Part shown: one piece after another, positions 1 through 14,942 of the stretch | Position numbering within the stretch: position 1 is the first letter of the stretch | Layout: the number at the start of each line of letters is the position of its first letter | Assembly (NCBI GenBank): GCA_012295275.1 | Contig: CM022678.1 | Span: forward strand, 8,866,001 to 8,930,000 | Direction of reading: 5' to 3' | Origin: Chrysomallon squamiferum | Taxonomy: Eukaryota > Animalia > Mollusca | Length of the DNA stretch: 64,000 nt | Notes under the pieces: model-generated | The model's database searches: none | Told to the model about the DNA's origin: nothing | The model's input: only the letters and a program-made list of their open reading frames with translations | Position numbers and translations under genes: made by a program

Positions 1-189
1 CAACGATAGCCGTATTTTTATTATTACTTAAATACAGGATGGAACTAATAAAACAATTTTCAACTGGCAATAAATATAAACATTTGTTCAAGAATAAACG
101 TCGACTGCATAAACTAGTCCAGTGGAAAAATTGTAACTGTTGTTTTTATTTAGTGCATGGCTGCAGCTTAACACTTTGAATCATTTAAA

Positions 190-960
190 TGTATCATTAT
201 TCCATATTTGTAACAATCGATCGCATAATATTGTTTTAACAGCAAGTTTTGACTTGAATTTATGTTACACATGTCACATTCATCTAGTATACATTTTGTA
301 AAACAAAAAGATAAATGTGATCTAGCATTTGTAATGTGATGACATCCATACAGTAATATAATTATATATTATATATATATATTTACAATCTTATTAGTTC
401 ATAAATTAAATTCTCAACCTTTTTCTTTTCTCAGTATAGGAAACAGTCTTTGAAGTTCAACAAAGTGAATCTTTCTTGATATTTACAAAGGAACCAGACT
501 TACTTAAGACAAGTTCAAGGTATTTTAGCTTGAGTTATAATTTCTGTACTTAATAATTAACAATGCAAATAGCTTGATGTACAATAATATGATAAAAGTC
601 TTACACAAGAATTTGTCTTACTGGATATCTTTACAAGTTTCATACCTGAATCAAATGTTCCTTCAAAATAGTTAAAGCATGGTACATATTTTTCTTATTT
701 CCTTTTAGTAAATTAATAGAAATCATATTTTATATAGGATCCTTCTCGAAAACAACAATACTGATTCAATTTGACCAGACAGTACTTTCAGTTGTTTGTT
801 AGTGATGGATGTAAATAATATTTGTCAAACATCTTGATAGTGTAATTGCTTGGTAATAGTACAGATAAGATTGCTTGCCTCAGTTCTTTTATTTCCTAGA
901 TTTCCTTCTAGTGAAGCTGTGAGAATTACTGCTGTTTCAAATATAACATTAAAATGAAAG
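190..960 (-). mobile_element. Decayed non-LTR retrotransposon (LINE, RTE-X/CR1-like) ORF2 fragment
   Basis: Reverse strand gives LKYLELVLSKSGSFVNIKKD (~470-530) and LLYGC (~341-357), matching the + strand LINE remnant at 1750-2800. Many stops and frameshifts. Confidence 0.55.
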
Positions 961-1087
961 AACATATTCAGAATGACATATTTTAAGAAAGAAAATTAAT
1001 GTAGGTTTGAAAGTGAAATCTTTTTGGTTATGTTATTAGTATTTTTTAGTCATGATAAACAACATGAACAAATTAAGATAGTAATAG

Positions 1088-1818
1088 TTTTTATTTGACA
1101 TGTGCAGGATATCCTAGTTTATTGTTAAGAGATTATCACCACTTTTATCAAGTTTATCACTTTACTTGTGATTAGTTGTGCAGTGAGTTAAAACAAATAC
1201 TTTTAGATTTATATCTAATAATATGGACATAGTAATTGTTGTACAGGATTTCAGTTAATTACCAGTGAAAACAAGATAATGAGAGAACCTGTCAGTTCTA
1301 CAACCCACCATCTAAATAACTGACATGTCAGCTGTTTGATCACTTCCTTTATTTAAATTCTGTACAGTGACTATCACACCAACTATAAATGTTGGAACCA
1401 TCTGACAGAATTAAGCTGAAGTTATATACATAGGTAATATGTTTAAATTATATATATGTAAGTTTATAATAGGATCTTCTCTTTCTCTATCTACATATAT
1501 ATATAGATATACATATATGCAACATTTGGTGGAAAAAGTGGTTTTGGAATACAGGAACCAAGTATTGTATATTTGGAAATCTATCAATATCTTGTTTTTA
1601 GAACAGTTTATATTTCTAAGATAAAGGAAACCTAAGAAAAAATGTATTGATTTTAGCATATCCTATTTTATTGTTAAGAGATTATCACTACTGTTGTGAA
1701 GTTTATCAATTTACTGGTGAGCAGTTGTGCAGTGAGTAGTTCTACTTAAAAATTAAGATTGTTTCCCAGAGGCAACCTAAAAACAAATATATTTAGATTT
1801 ATATCTAATAATATGGAG
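1088..1818 (+). repeat. Diverged direct repeat pair (~1088-1227 and ~1658-1818)
   Basis: Both contain atatccta..ttttattgttaagagattatcac...agttgtgcagtgagt...tttagatttatatctaataatatgga. Confidence 0.7.
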
Positions 1819-2800
1819 GTAGAAATTATTACCGAGGTTAAATACCTATTCCTTATTTTAAGTAAATCTGGATCATCGAATACTAAAAAAGATTTTATCA
1901 CCTGAGGTTCAGATGCAGTGTTTGCTATGTTAAAAAAAAATGTAGAGAATTCAGTTTATTACTTCACTGTCACTTACATTTGTTAGACAAGTTTGTAAAA
2001 CCTAAAATATTATATGGATGTGAAATCTGGGGTTTTATTAATTTAGATATAACTGAAAGGCTTTATATGCAAATACATAAAAATGTATTGTTAACTGTAA
2101 AGAGTTTAAATTGTCTGGTGTGCTGTAGATATTTTTATTGATATAAATAATTTATCAAATCCTTGATTATCTTGTATAAAAGCTATACTGGATGAATGTG
2201 GTTTATGTAACATATATCTATATGTGGAAGTGAAGATCTTGTGGTTAGAACATGCTGTTAAAAGAATGTTGTAGTCAGTTGTTACAAAAATGGAATAGAC
2301 ATAAATTTGAGTCATGAAAAGGAATTTATTATACAATGCTTAAAGGTGAATTTAAATTAGAACATTATGTTTACAGCTGCCAGTTGGAAAATGGTAGAGC
2401 ATTATGTAAATATAGAACCAGTAATGTGAAAGTTCCTATGGTATCTGGTAGATGGTTTAATACTGAAAGGGTAAATACAGAACAAGTAATATCAAACTTC
2501 CTATGGTATCTGGTAGATGGTTTAATACTGAAAGGGTAAATATAGAACAAGTAATATCAAACTTCCTATGGTATCTGGTAGATGGTTTAATACTGAAAGG
2601 GAAGAGAGAATATTTCATTTATGTAATTCTGATATTGGTGATGAGTTCTACTATATTTTTGAGTGTACATTTTTCTCTTTTGAGAGAAGTAAATATATAC
2701 CACACTAATATAGACTTAGACCAAATATAATAACATTTCAACATTTATTTTCTGGTACAAAAAGGACTTCACTTTTGTATAAACTTGTCATTGAGAGAAT
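1750..2800 (+). mobile_element. LINE (RTE-X/CR1-like) ORF2 3' portion, decayed
   Basis: VKYLFLILSKSGS (~1836), PKILYGCEIWG (~2000), and ALCKYRTSNVKVPMVSGRW...LCNSDIGDEFYYIFEC, the typical Cys/His C-terminal tail of invertebrate LINE ORF2. Confidence 0.75.
2433..2600 (+). repeat. 65-bp tandem repeat (~2.6 copies) inside the LINE remnant
   Basis: ttcctatggtatctggtagatggtttaatactgaaaggg at 2433, 2498 and 2563. Confidence 0.9.
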
Positions 2801-3629
2801 CAGTCTTCTGGGTTAAATAAAAATTAATATGTTTTGTGTCACTACAGAAAATACTGTTTAAATTAGGTTCTTTTTATGTGTTATCAATACTGCTTGCATT
2901 GCAGTCTTGTCTTGTCTTGATAGATGTTGTAAGTGCTAATTAGGGGCAGTAAAATGTATACAATCTTGAATCAGAAAATAATTAATGCTGCAGGTGTGAT
3001 AAGTGAAGCAGAAACAAATGTTTCTTAGCTTTGTACTTGCTTAGATTGAATATCTTTATCTCATTGGACCACTGACCTTCTTATAAATAAAATAATTATT
3101 AGTTGACATTAACTCATTTATTCAACTGGTATGTCAGATAAAAATCAATTTTGGTATGAAACCTGAATACAGAAGTGATAATTTGTCAAATAAAAGAGAA
3201 AAGAAATGAAAACATTTCAGTGTTTTTATTCTTTAATTTTAACTAACGTTTTATTACTGCTACATCAGAAGTGCTAAGACCACCTTCATTATGACGACTT
3301 CAAATACTGTTAGTAATTACTACCACTACAAATACCAACTACTACTAACTACTATTAGGACTACAAATATTACTATCACTAAAATTACTGACTACTACTA
3401 ACACTGAAAGAACTAACTAGTGTTAGGTTGTTTGCTTAGTAGATAGATAAACATGTGCTCTGCAATTCATGAATACTGAGTGGTATGTAGTTATATTACT
3501 TACTGTGTGAATCAAATACGTAAAATTACAATAAGTAAACAATGTCGAATAGCAAATGGTAAACAGATAACAGACGCAGGTTAGAGCAGAGCATTAAGGA
3601 AGCACATAGTTACGTACATTCAGTAATGT

Positions 3630-4289
3630 CTTTTACTGTCTGTTATGACATGCAGTTCTATAGTCATGTACAAACAGCAATATTGAGAATGTCCAGTACG
3701 ATACTACAGCTGAATAATTAATATTCATTAAAATTCTTATTTCCATTAAGGCACGGACATTAACTGATACATTTAATAAATCCTTACTTCTACAGTATTT
3801 TTGATGACTGCACTGAAAAAACAACTGTAACAAATCTTCCAGGAAGTCATTTTTTTTTTTTTTAGGTTAGTATTATTAATTTTTTTTTATGTTTTTTTTT
3901 TGTTTATGTATTTGCAAAACTTGAGATGAATGTTTTTTCTCAGATATATTAAGTTACTAAAATCCCATAATTTCACATCCATACATTAATATATGTTTTA
4001 TAATGTTGTCATTCAAATCTGACAGTCAATTTATAAACTAATTTCTCGATATCTTGTTTTAGTGCAGAAAACTGTTGAGCTTCATTGAATCTTTCTTGGT
4101 ATTTATGAAGGATTCAGAACTAATGAAATCAATTCCAAGTATTTGACTGGAGTAACAATTTCTCTTTCTTTATTATTATACATCAGTCTTAGGGAAACAA
4201 TTCTGAAAGTGCCTTTTGAAAACCAATAATTTTCAGGTTTCCCAATATATTTCAAACAAATCTAGCTGATGATATAAATCACCCGGTTT

Positions 4290-4338
<49 letters not shown>

Positions 4339-4500
4339 CAGTGCTATATAAGCATAAAATCACATAGATAACTTAATGTATATTAACAGTTTTTCATAAA
4401 TACACGTGTTACTTTTCGTACCTGAAGACGATACTACATCATTTATGTATAATCAAAATGAGAAAGATGACAAATTTTCTTCTTGTCTTACTCGAAAATT
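3630..4500 (-). mobile_element. LINE reverse-transcriptase fragment, decayed
   Basis: Reverse strand VRQEENLSSFSF*LYIND (~4440-4492; cf. RT motif GVRQGxxLSPxLFxLYIND), KYLE (~4140), LMYGCEIMG (~3962-3990). Confidence 0.65.
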
Positions 4501-5299
4501 GAAAGAAAACGTGATTTGGAAAATGTAGGGTGCAAAAATGTATTAAATTTATAATTAAATAAAATCCGTTGTATAAAATTATCTACTTGAATAAAATACA
4601 TCAGTTTAAATATTGCATATCCTCCACTGCTTTAACTAGTTACTTTTTTATTATTTTCAGAAATAAATAAGAAGAATCACAACCTGGGATAAAATGTGAA
4701 GTGAGTAAAATAATTCCATGAAATAACAAAAAATAGGAATTTATAGCAGAGAGAAAAGGTTTAAATGCGAAGTCTGTATGGAATGAATTTTCTAAAAATG
4801 AGGATATAAAAATGAAGATGGCAACTCACAGGAATGAAGAATTATTCAGCATCCATACTGGTAAGAAACCGACTGCAGGTCAGTGCCGCAGTTCTGTGTG
4901 ATGAAGCTGACTGCAGGTCAGTGCCGCAGTTCTGTGTGATGCTGTGAGCAACACTGCACCACTGTCGTCCTCACTTGTTGGTGCAGCACAGTCGTCTACA
5001 TGAGAGATGTGAAAAGCAAATTCAAGTTAATATTTTCATATTCTGAAATAGAAAACTGTTTGAATTGAAGTCCGTGTTTGAGGTTAGTGTTTGTTTTTCC
5101 TTTCGAATGAAAAAAATCTAAACTTGAGAGAGAGAGAGAGATTTACATTTTGCTTCACAATCACTGAAACTTTTTTCCAGACAATCAGTTTTATTCTGTA
5201 TCATTAACATTCTGAAATTATACTTCAGTAAAGCTCAGCCCTGAAAAATAATACATGACATTGCAAAACAAATTTTGGATTATGACAGAACTGATTTGG

Positions 5300-5860
<561 letters not shown>

Positions 5861-6207
5861 AGGTACCGGACCAGTTATCCAGACTCCTTGGGGCCTGAGG
5901 CATTCCTGACTGATTTTTCTGGTTTTCTGGTACCAAGGCATCTAAAAGGCATCTAAATAATTAGACATTTTAAAATTAAAGAAAATTGACGATACACAAC
6001 TGTGTGGCTATTCGACACATGCGGCGAGTGAATGAATGCCACGTGGATTGAAAGAGTGGTTCCTGTCTGGTGAGGACAACACTCCCGCGCGTGAACTGTG
6101 AAAATAGCGTCGGGGAAACAAATTGTGGATTTCTGGTCTGATACCTGTAGTAGTAGCAACGAAGAGTTACTCCTTTATTTGTTTCAATGTTTTCAACATG
6201 TAATTCT

Positions 6208-6604
<397 letters not shown>

Positions 6605-7017
6605 TGCAGTTATGTCTGGTTTCAACTGGCGAGGTTTCTCATGAGACAGTTTCTTGTGGAGTCTTTATTCACTATGATTTTCAGACCAAGCCTCGAAATA
6701 GTCATGAGAATGTTCTCGTAACGGTAGACTCCTCACAAAGTGTACAGAATAAACAACATTACCTTTACTGTATCATCTATCTGTTGTTCCATCCATCTGT
6801 CAGTTCATACACACATCTCTAATCCAACCACTCATCTATCCATGTTTACTGAGAAGTGTAGAAAGTGCTCCAATATGATCAATAAATGTTACATTATTTA
6901 TATTATATTTATTTATCATGCAAAACATGATGAGTTTTTAGTAAAATATTACCAAGAATGGCAATTTTTACTTTCTTTCTTTCTTTATTTCTTTTATTTA
7001 TTTTTATTTTATTTTTG

Positions 7018-7065
<48 letters not shown>

Positions 7066-7384
7066 TTGTAGTGAAAGTTAGTAATTCAAACTGGTGACCG
7101 TTTTTACTGTGCCTGCAATGAATTACTTTAATGATAATAAGAGAGGAGTAACAGACAAGCTCATTTTTATAAAAATGGCAGAAATTACTTGAAATAATAT
7201 CAAAACATTGATAACTGTAGGTAAGTTAACTTTGCCATTAATTACAATTAATTAAATTTTGTACTTTGCTAATAATCATACTTTTTATTTTTTGTCAATA
7301 ACAGTTCCTAAAAAATATTATATTTAATTCTTTATAATTCAGAAAGATTATTTTATTATATCTTTTCCCTTTTTTGAGTATTAA

Positions 7385-7454
<70 letters not shown>

Positions 7455-8713
7455 TCAGTATTACAAGATGGACAGCAATTTTTAATTTGGAAATCTTGTC
7501 TAAATTTCAAGTAATTGACTATTTTGTATTTTATTATTTTGCTTCAATTTTTCAGAATTTTAGTTTAAACTAAGTAATTACTGAGTTTAGAAAAATTGAC
7601 TAGTGAATGATACTGTAACCTAAAATGTCACTTCATCATCCTAAAGATTTTTATAGTGTAATTATAATCCAGTTTTGGACTTAGTGGTGTGCAGTGTAAC
7701 TTTGGTTTAAACTTTACATGTATAGCTGAAAACATTTCAAGCTGCATTTATTTACTTGAAATGGACATTATATAACTAATTGATTTATTTACTTGAAATG
7801 GACATTATATAACTAATTGCAGAGTTGCAAAATGAAGAAATGACTGATGAAAGCTTCTGGAAATGCAGATTTAACACTGCACAGGCTCTGTCATGAGTTC
7901 TAATTTTTATTATGTTAAAATCCAACATATTTTTTACAAGCTGAACTATGATATTGTAAAATATAATAAAATAAAATTAATAATTACTGGGTAACTGAAA
8001 GAAGACAGTAATATTTAAAAAAAGATTTGTACCATGTAATTAATATTTTTATAATAAATTTTAAAGAAGATGGAGAAAATGCTTTTAATTTATTTATATT
8101 TTAATTTTAGAATTATTTGTTGTAATTTCTTAATAATCATTTATACTTACATTAAGAACATTTTTCTTTTGCTAGTTATTTTATGGATTGAAGACAATCA
8201 TTTGAAAGCTGTCAACAAAAAAGAACGCATTTAGGCAGAGAAGGCATGAAATGAAACGTGGGAGAAAAAGGACATTATCAAAACTTGAGATTCATTGATT
8301 GGTTTCTGTGTGGTCTGTGTAAGTGAACAAATCTATTTTTAGTTACAACAGTAATTTTATAACATTGTTACACTGGTTATGACGTAGCAGCTTCACTTCT
8401 TGTTTACTACTGAGATCTCCGAATCACACTTGAATTTCTGTAGATGAATATGTGGAGTCATTTTTTAAATTCTATTCATGGCTTTTTATCTCTGGAAATC
8501 ATAAAAATATTTTTCCTATTTTGTCCTTTTTTTTTAATTTTTAAAAAAAAAAAAAAAATATATTTTTTTTTGATGCATTCAGTTTATCATACATTTTTTT
8601 ACATTTTTTCATCAATCCACCAGTGACAAGAATGTGTTTTCATTTTGATTAATTTTACCACAATGTAATAATAATTATTGATCTAATGGAAGACTGTCAG
8701 TTAATTACAGCTG

Positions 8714-9528
8714 ACAAGTTACTGAAAGTTAATTTGTAAATCTGTGCAAGTTACTGAAAGTTAATTTGAAAGTTAATTTGTAAATCTGTGCAAGTTACTG
8801 AAAGTTAATTTATGTTAATTTGTAAATCTGTGCAAGTTACTGAAAGATAATTTGTAAATCTGTGCAAGTTACTAAAAGTTAATTTGTAAATCTGAGCAAG
8901 TTTTTTTTTATTCTGGAAATCCTAAAAATATTTTTCCTATTTTGTTTTTAAAATTTTAATTTTTTTTTTTTGACGTGATGCATTCAGTTTATCATACATT
9001 TTTTTATTTTTTCATCAATCGACCAGTGACAAGAAATTTTGATTAATTTGTAAAATCTAATGGAAGATTGTCAGTTAATTACAGCTGACAAGTTACTGAA
9101 AGTTAATTTGTAAAAGTTACTAAAAGTTAATTTTAAATCTGTTACTGTGCAAAGTTACTGAAAAATTAATTTGTAAATCTGTGCAAGTTACTAAAAGTTA
9201 ATTTGTAAATCTGAGCAAGTTACTGTAAATCTGTGCAAGTTACTGAAAGTTAATTTGTAAATCTGTGCAAGTTACTGAAAGTTAATTTGTAAATCTGAGC
9301 AAGTTACTAAAAGTTAATTTGTAAATCTGTGCAAGTTACTAAAAGTTAATTTGTAAATCTGAGCAAGTTACTAAAAGTTAATTTGTAAATCTGTGCAAGT
9401 TACTAAAAGTTAATTTGTAAATCTGAGCAAGTTACTAAAAGTTAATTTGTAAATCTGTGCAAGTTACTGAAAGTTAATTTGTAAATCTGAGCAAGTTACT
9501 AAAAGTTAATTTGTAAGTCTGTGCAAGT
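8714..9528 (+). repeat. 32-bp minisatellite, interrupted by a duplicated block (~8487-8790 repeated at ~8905-9130)
   Basis: Unit caagttact(g/a)aaagttaatttgtaaatctg(t/a)g; period 32 (e.g. 9268 to 9300). Confidence 0.9.
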
Positions 9529-11656
9529 TCCCTTTTAAACAGTTAGTGCTTTGATCTTAATTTAATTGCCATAGCTGAAAAATACTATTTAAAGGGTATA
9601 GAACTTTTTAACTGGATAATGTTTTATTTATTTATTTGTATTGGACTGCAGTGTTTGTCTTGTATATAAAACTTCACAGCAATTGTCTTTCATGTAACAT
9701 TTGTTATTTACTGTATTAGAAGTTCACATACTTGTTATAAATGTTTTAATCACATATTTTTTAACATTTTATTTATTTTTATTTTTATTTTTAAATCTAT
9801 GATAATTTTTTAAATTATATGTTCAAATTAAAATTAAAAATATTAATAAAAAAATGCTTAAAATTTATGAAAAATATGGTAAACATTAGTACAAAAATAC
9901 TTTTTCACTTTTAACATTTAATTCCTTTTTAACTAACTTTGAATGATTCAGAATAAAGATACTGTATTTAAAATTTATTTCCAAAAACATGAATGGATAT
10001 TATTATATATTTTTTTAATTTAAAAAAAAAAAAGTTTTATCTTTCAATTTTTACTTTATATCACCTGACTGTTCTTTGTGTATGCTCACACTGTTATTTA
10101 TCTGGAACTGTCAGTCTGACAAGTCAGTGTATCTGAATGCAGACTGATCTTAGGGTTCCTTGTCCTGAATGATAGCCAGTGGATGGTCAGTTATTTGACA
10201 TTTGGCTTAGGAACCTCTGTTACATTTAATATTTTTGAGGACAGGAATGATTTTTATTTAATCCCCATATTTTTATCTAACTGACCTAAATCTTTAGGAA
10301 TGTTTTACTGTAAAGATCCTGAGATTTTTTTCAGTTTTTGTATTTGCTGATAAATGGTCCCAGTTTTATCCTGTATTGAATTACAACAGGTTGTGTTTAT
10401 TATTGGTTAACTGTTTGCTGTTAGATGATGAAAGCCTATTTCAGTGGTGGGGATGTTAAGTTGATTTTATAGAATTATAAAAATGAACTTTTCATGGGAT
10501 TTATACATGGTAGTAGACACAGATGGGACAAACATTTTCAGAATTTTATAAAAGTTTATATTGATCCTTTTCTCATGTGTTCCTCAAACAGATACATTAT
10601 AAACAAAGATAAAATAATTTATGTCCAGTTTCAAAATATTTATTTTATTCAGCTGAACCATGTTGGACCATTGTTTAGATATTTCATATTGTCTGTGGGA
10701 TTTTGTCCACATCAATCTGCCATACAAACAACATTTAAATTTCATATTTAAAAAAAAAGGAAAGAAAGAAAATAAACAGAAACAACAATAAATAATAATA
10801 AATGACATATTTAAAGAAATACAACATTTCACCATTAGCTCAGAAATAATAATAACATAGAAAACTTCAGAATTATATACAATTCTTTGTAAAAGCATCT
10901 TTGAATGAAATTAATGTTTTCTTGTATGATGATGAAACTGTTTGGTAGTTTTATTTTTACCAGTTAACAGCAAAGGATATTTTACATGCATCACACAGGA
11001 GTGATGTGTGATCAGTCTAGTTTCTCTCATTTCCTATTTCTAATTTCTCTGTGAATACTGATGATTTTTTATTTTATATTTTAAATATTTTAAATGTTAT
11101 TCTATTTTATTTTATTTTAGTTTATTTTTCTATAAACATTATTTTATTTATTAATTTAATTTTTCATCAGATATTTACTTGTCTATTTTAATTCTGTGTC
11201 CTGGGATTTCAGTAAAGGGCCCCTGTTGTTTTCCCAGAACATAGTTGAACTAGCTTGATTAAGATCCCTAACTAATAATCCAAATTTATCTGCTGTAAAT
11301 TGTTTAGCTTTCTTCTACATAATTTTTGGCATCATGTTCACTGTACAGATTTGTAGAATAAATGAAGGTATCTTTGTGTGGCACATTTGTAGAATATTCA
11401 GATATCTTCATATTTGTCTGGCATGTTTACATAATAATTCTGATAACTTCATGTTTGTATGGCAGATTTGTGGAATGATTCAAGATGTCTTCTGCTTTTA
11501 TGGCAGATTTGAAGAATAATTCAGATATCTTGGCATTTGTATAGCAGATTTGAAGAATATTTTTTTAATCATAAAGATTATAATATCCCCTTGATTAATA
11601 AAATGTCTGATATGAGAGATACTTTATGGTTTCAGAATTTCTAGAACCAAACGTCA

Positions 11657-12485
11657 GGAATAACCAGTTTAATCATTGCAAAACACTGGTCATAGACAAA
11701 AATAGGAATAACCAGTTTAATTACTGCAAAACATTGGTCATAGTCAAACACAGGAATAACCAGTTTAATCACTGCAAAACATTGGTCATAGTCAAACACA
11801 GGAATAACCAGTTTAATCACTGCAAAACATTGGTCATAGTCAAACATAGGAATAACCAGTTTAATCACTGCAAAACATTGGTCATAGTCAAACATAGGAA
11901 TAACCAGTTTAATTACTGCAAAACATTGGTCATAGTCAAACATAGGAATAACCAGTTTAATCACTGCAAAACACTGGTCATAGTCAAACATAGGAATAAC
12001 CAGTTTAATCACTGCAAAACACTGGTCATAGTCAAACATAGGAATAACCAGTTTAATCACTGCAAAACACTGGTCATAGTCAAACATAGGAATAACCAGT
12101 TCAATCACTGCAAAACACTGGTCATAGTCAAACATAGGAATAACCAGTTCAATCACTGCAAAACACTGGTCATAGTCAAACATAGGAATAACCAGTTTAA
12201 TCACTGCAAAACACTGGTCATAGTCAAACATAGGAATAACCAATTCAATCACTGCAAAACACTGGTCATAGTCAAACATAGGAATAACCAGTTTAATCAC
12301 TGCAAAACACTGGTCATAGTCAAACATAGGAATAACCAGTTTAATCACTGCAAAACACTGGCCATAGTCAAACATAGGAATAACCAGTTCAATCACTGCA
12401 AAACACTGGTCATAGTCAAACATAGGAATAACCAATTCAATCACTGCAAAACACTGGCCATAGTCAAACATAGGAATAACCAATT
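11657..12485 (+). repeat. 48-bp minisatellite, ~17 copies
   Basis: Unit ggaataaccagtttaatcactgcaaaacactggtcatagtcaaacata (16-aa ORF period). Confidence 0.95.
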
Positions 12486-12486
12486 C

Positions 12487-12850
12487 ATTGGCTGATCCAG
12501 AAATTAAATAAGGGAGTGGTGGTTGGATTGGGATGAAATAAACTTACTGGGAGTCCAGCTGTTTCCCAAAGATAATGAACAATGCACGTATTTTGTCAAG
12601 TTGTGATTTATAGTAAAAATTGTAAACTGTTCTCTTTCTAATAAATGCTGACACTGTTAGATTGGTTAGATCGTCACAAACACTTTGGGTGATGTATCTG
12701 CACCAGTGATTAAAATACAACCAATTATCTCAATGCATTGTTTTGTGTTGTTCACTGGCAACACTGTTTTGTTTAAGATCACAAATAACTTACAGGTTTC
12801 TGTTACATCATGTTTAATGTATTTTGATCAGTGACTTCGTAAAATTTATT
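12487..12850 (+). mobile_element. Truncated copy of the hAT-like MITE seen intact at 61283-61733
   Basis: Starts cattggctgatccagaa (TIR variant); matches the reverse complement of ~61345-61733; second TIR absent. Confidence 0.55.
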
Positions 12851-12852
12851 AA

Positions 12853-14942
12853 AACACTAGGGATATCCATATTTATTGTTATCAGACATTGACTACATGT
12901 CTGCTGTTGTTGTAGTGGTAAGACATTAGGGATACCCATATTTATTGTTGTCCGACATACTCTGCATGTCTGCTGTTGTTGTAGTGGTAAAACACTAGGG
13001 ATACCTATATCATTGTCAGACACCGACTACATGTCTGATGTTGTAGTGGTAAAATGCTAGGGTTACCCAAATTTATTGTTTGTGAGACATCGTCTATGTG
13101 TCTGCTATTGTAGTGGTGTAACACTAAGGATACATATTTGTGGTCAGACATCAAGTACATGTCTGATATCTGCTGTTGTTCTGGAGGTAAGACACTAGCC
13201 ATACTCATATTTATTGTTGTCAGACATTGACTGATATCTGATGTTGTTGTAGTTGTAAAACACTAGGGATACCCATATTTATTGTTGTCAGACATCAAGT
13301 ACATGTCTGATATCTGCTGTTGTTCTGGAGGTAAGACACTAGCCATATATTTATTGACATGACTATATGTCTGCTGTTCTGGAGGTAAAACACTAGCCAT
13401 ACTCATATTTATTGTTGTCAGACATCAAGTACATGTCTGATATCTGCTGTTGTTCTGGAGGTAAAACACTAGCATATTTATATTTATATTTGTCAGACAT
13501 TCAACAGACATCAAGTACATGTCTGATATCTGTTGTTGTATGTAAAACACTAGGGATACTCATATTTATTGTTGTCAGACATCAAGTACATGTCTGATAT
13601 CTGCTGTTGTTCTGGAGGTAAAACACACTAGCCATGTCAGACACTCATATTTATTGTTGTCAGACATCAAGTACATGTCTGATATCTGCTGTTGTTCTGG
13701 AGGTAAGACACTAGCCATACTCATATTTATTGTTGTCAGACATCAAGTACATGTCTGATATCTGCTGTTGTTCTGGAGGTAAGACACTAGCCATACTCAT
13801 ATTTATTGTTGTCAGACATCAAGTACATGTCTGATATCTGCTGTTGTTCTGGAGGTAAGACACTAGCCATACTCATATTTATTGTTGTCAGACATCAAGT
13901 ACATGTCTGATATCTGCTGTTGTTCTGGAGGTAAGACACTAGCCATACTCATATTTATTGTTGTCAGACATCAAGTACATGTCTGATATCTGCTGTTGTT
14001 CTGGAGGTAAGACACTAGCCATACTCATATTTATTGTTGTCAGACATCAAGTACATGTCTGATATCTGCTGTTGTTCTGGAGGTAAGACACTAGCCATAC
14101 TCATATTTATTGTTGTCAGACATCAAGTACATGTCTGATATCTGCTGTTGTTCTGGAGGTAAGACACTAGCCATACTCATATTTATTGTTGTCAGACATC
14201 AAGTACATGTCTGATATCTGCTGTTGTTCTGGAGGTAAGACACTAGCCATACTCATATTTATTGTTGTCAGACATCAAGTACATGTCTGATATCTGCTGT
14301 TGTTCTGGAGGTAAGACACTAGCCATACTCATATTTATTCAGACATTGACTACATGTCTGATATCTGTTGTTGTTCTGGATGTAAAACACTAGGGATACC
14401 CATATTTATTGTTGTCAGACATCAAGTACATGTCTGATATCTGCTGTTGTTCTGGAGGTAAGACACTAGCCATATTCAGACAGACATATTTATTGTTTCA
14501 GACATCATTTATTGTTGTCAGACATCAAGTACTACATATTTACATGTCTGATATCTGCTGTTGTTCTGGAGGTAAGACACTAGCCATACTCATATTTATT
14601 CAGACATTGACTATATGTCTGCTGTTGTTGTAGATGTAAAACACTAGGGATACCCATATTTATTGTTGGTCAGACATCAAGTACATGTCTGATATCTGCT
14701 GTTGTTCTGGAGGTAAGACACTAGCCATACTCATATTTATTCAGACATTGACTATATGTCTGCTGTTGTTGTAGATGTAAAACACTAGGGATACCCATAT
14801 TTTGTGGTCAGACATCAAGTACATGTCTGATATCTGCTGTTGTTCTGGAGGTAAGACACTAGCCATACTCATATTTATTCAGACATTGACTATATGTCTG
14901 CTGTTGTTGTAGTTGTAAAACACTAGGGATACCCATATTTAT
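12853..14942 (+). repeat. Satellite array: diverged ~66-69-bp monomers, then a homogeneous 76-bp expansion
   Basis: 76-bp unit gtcagacatcaagtacatgtctgatatctgctgttgttctggaggtaagacactagccatactcatatttattgtt (13735 to 13811, etc.). Confidence 0.9.

Noticed and set aside
13340-13660. Scrambled repeat units here, at ~14470-14540 and at ~53900-54300 as biological rearrangements
   Set aside because: The pattern looks like long-read consensus errors in tandem repeats; cannot be trusted without reads.
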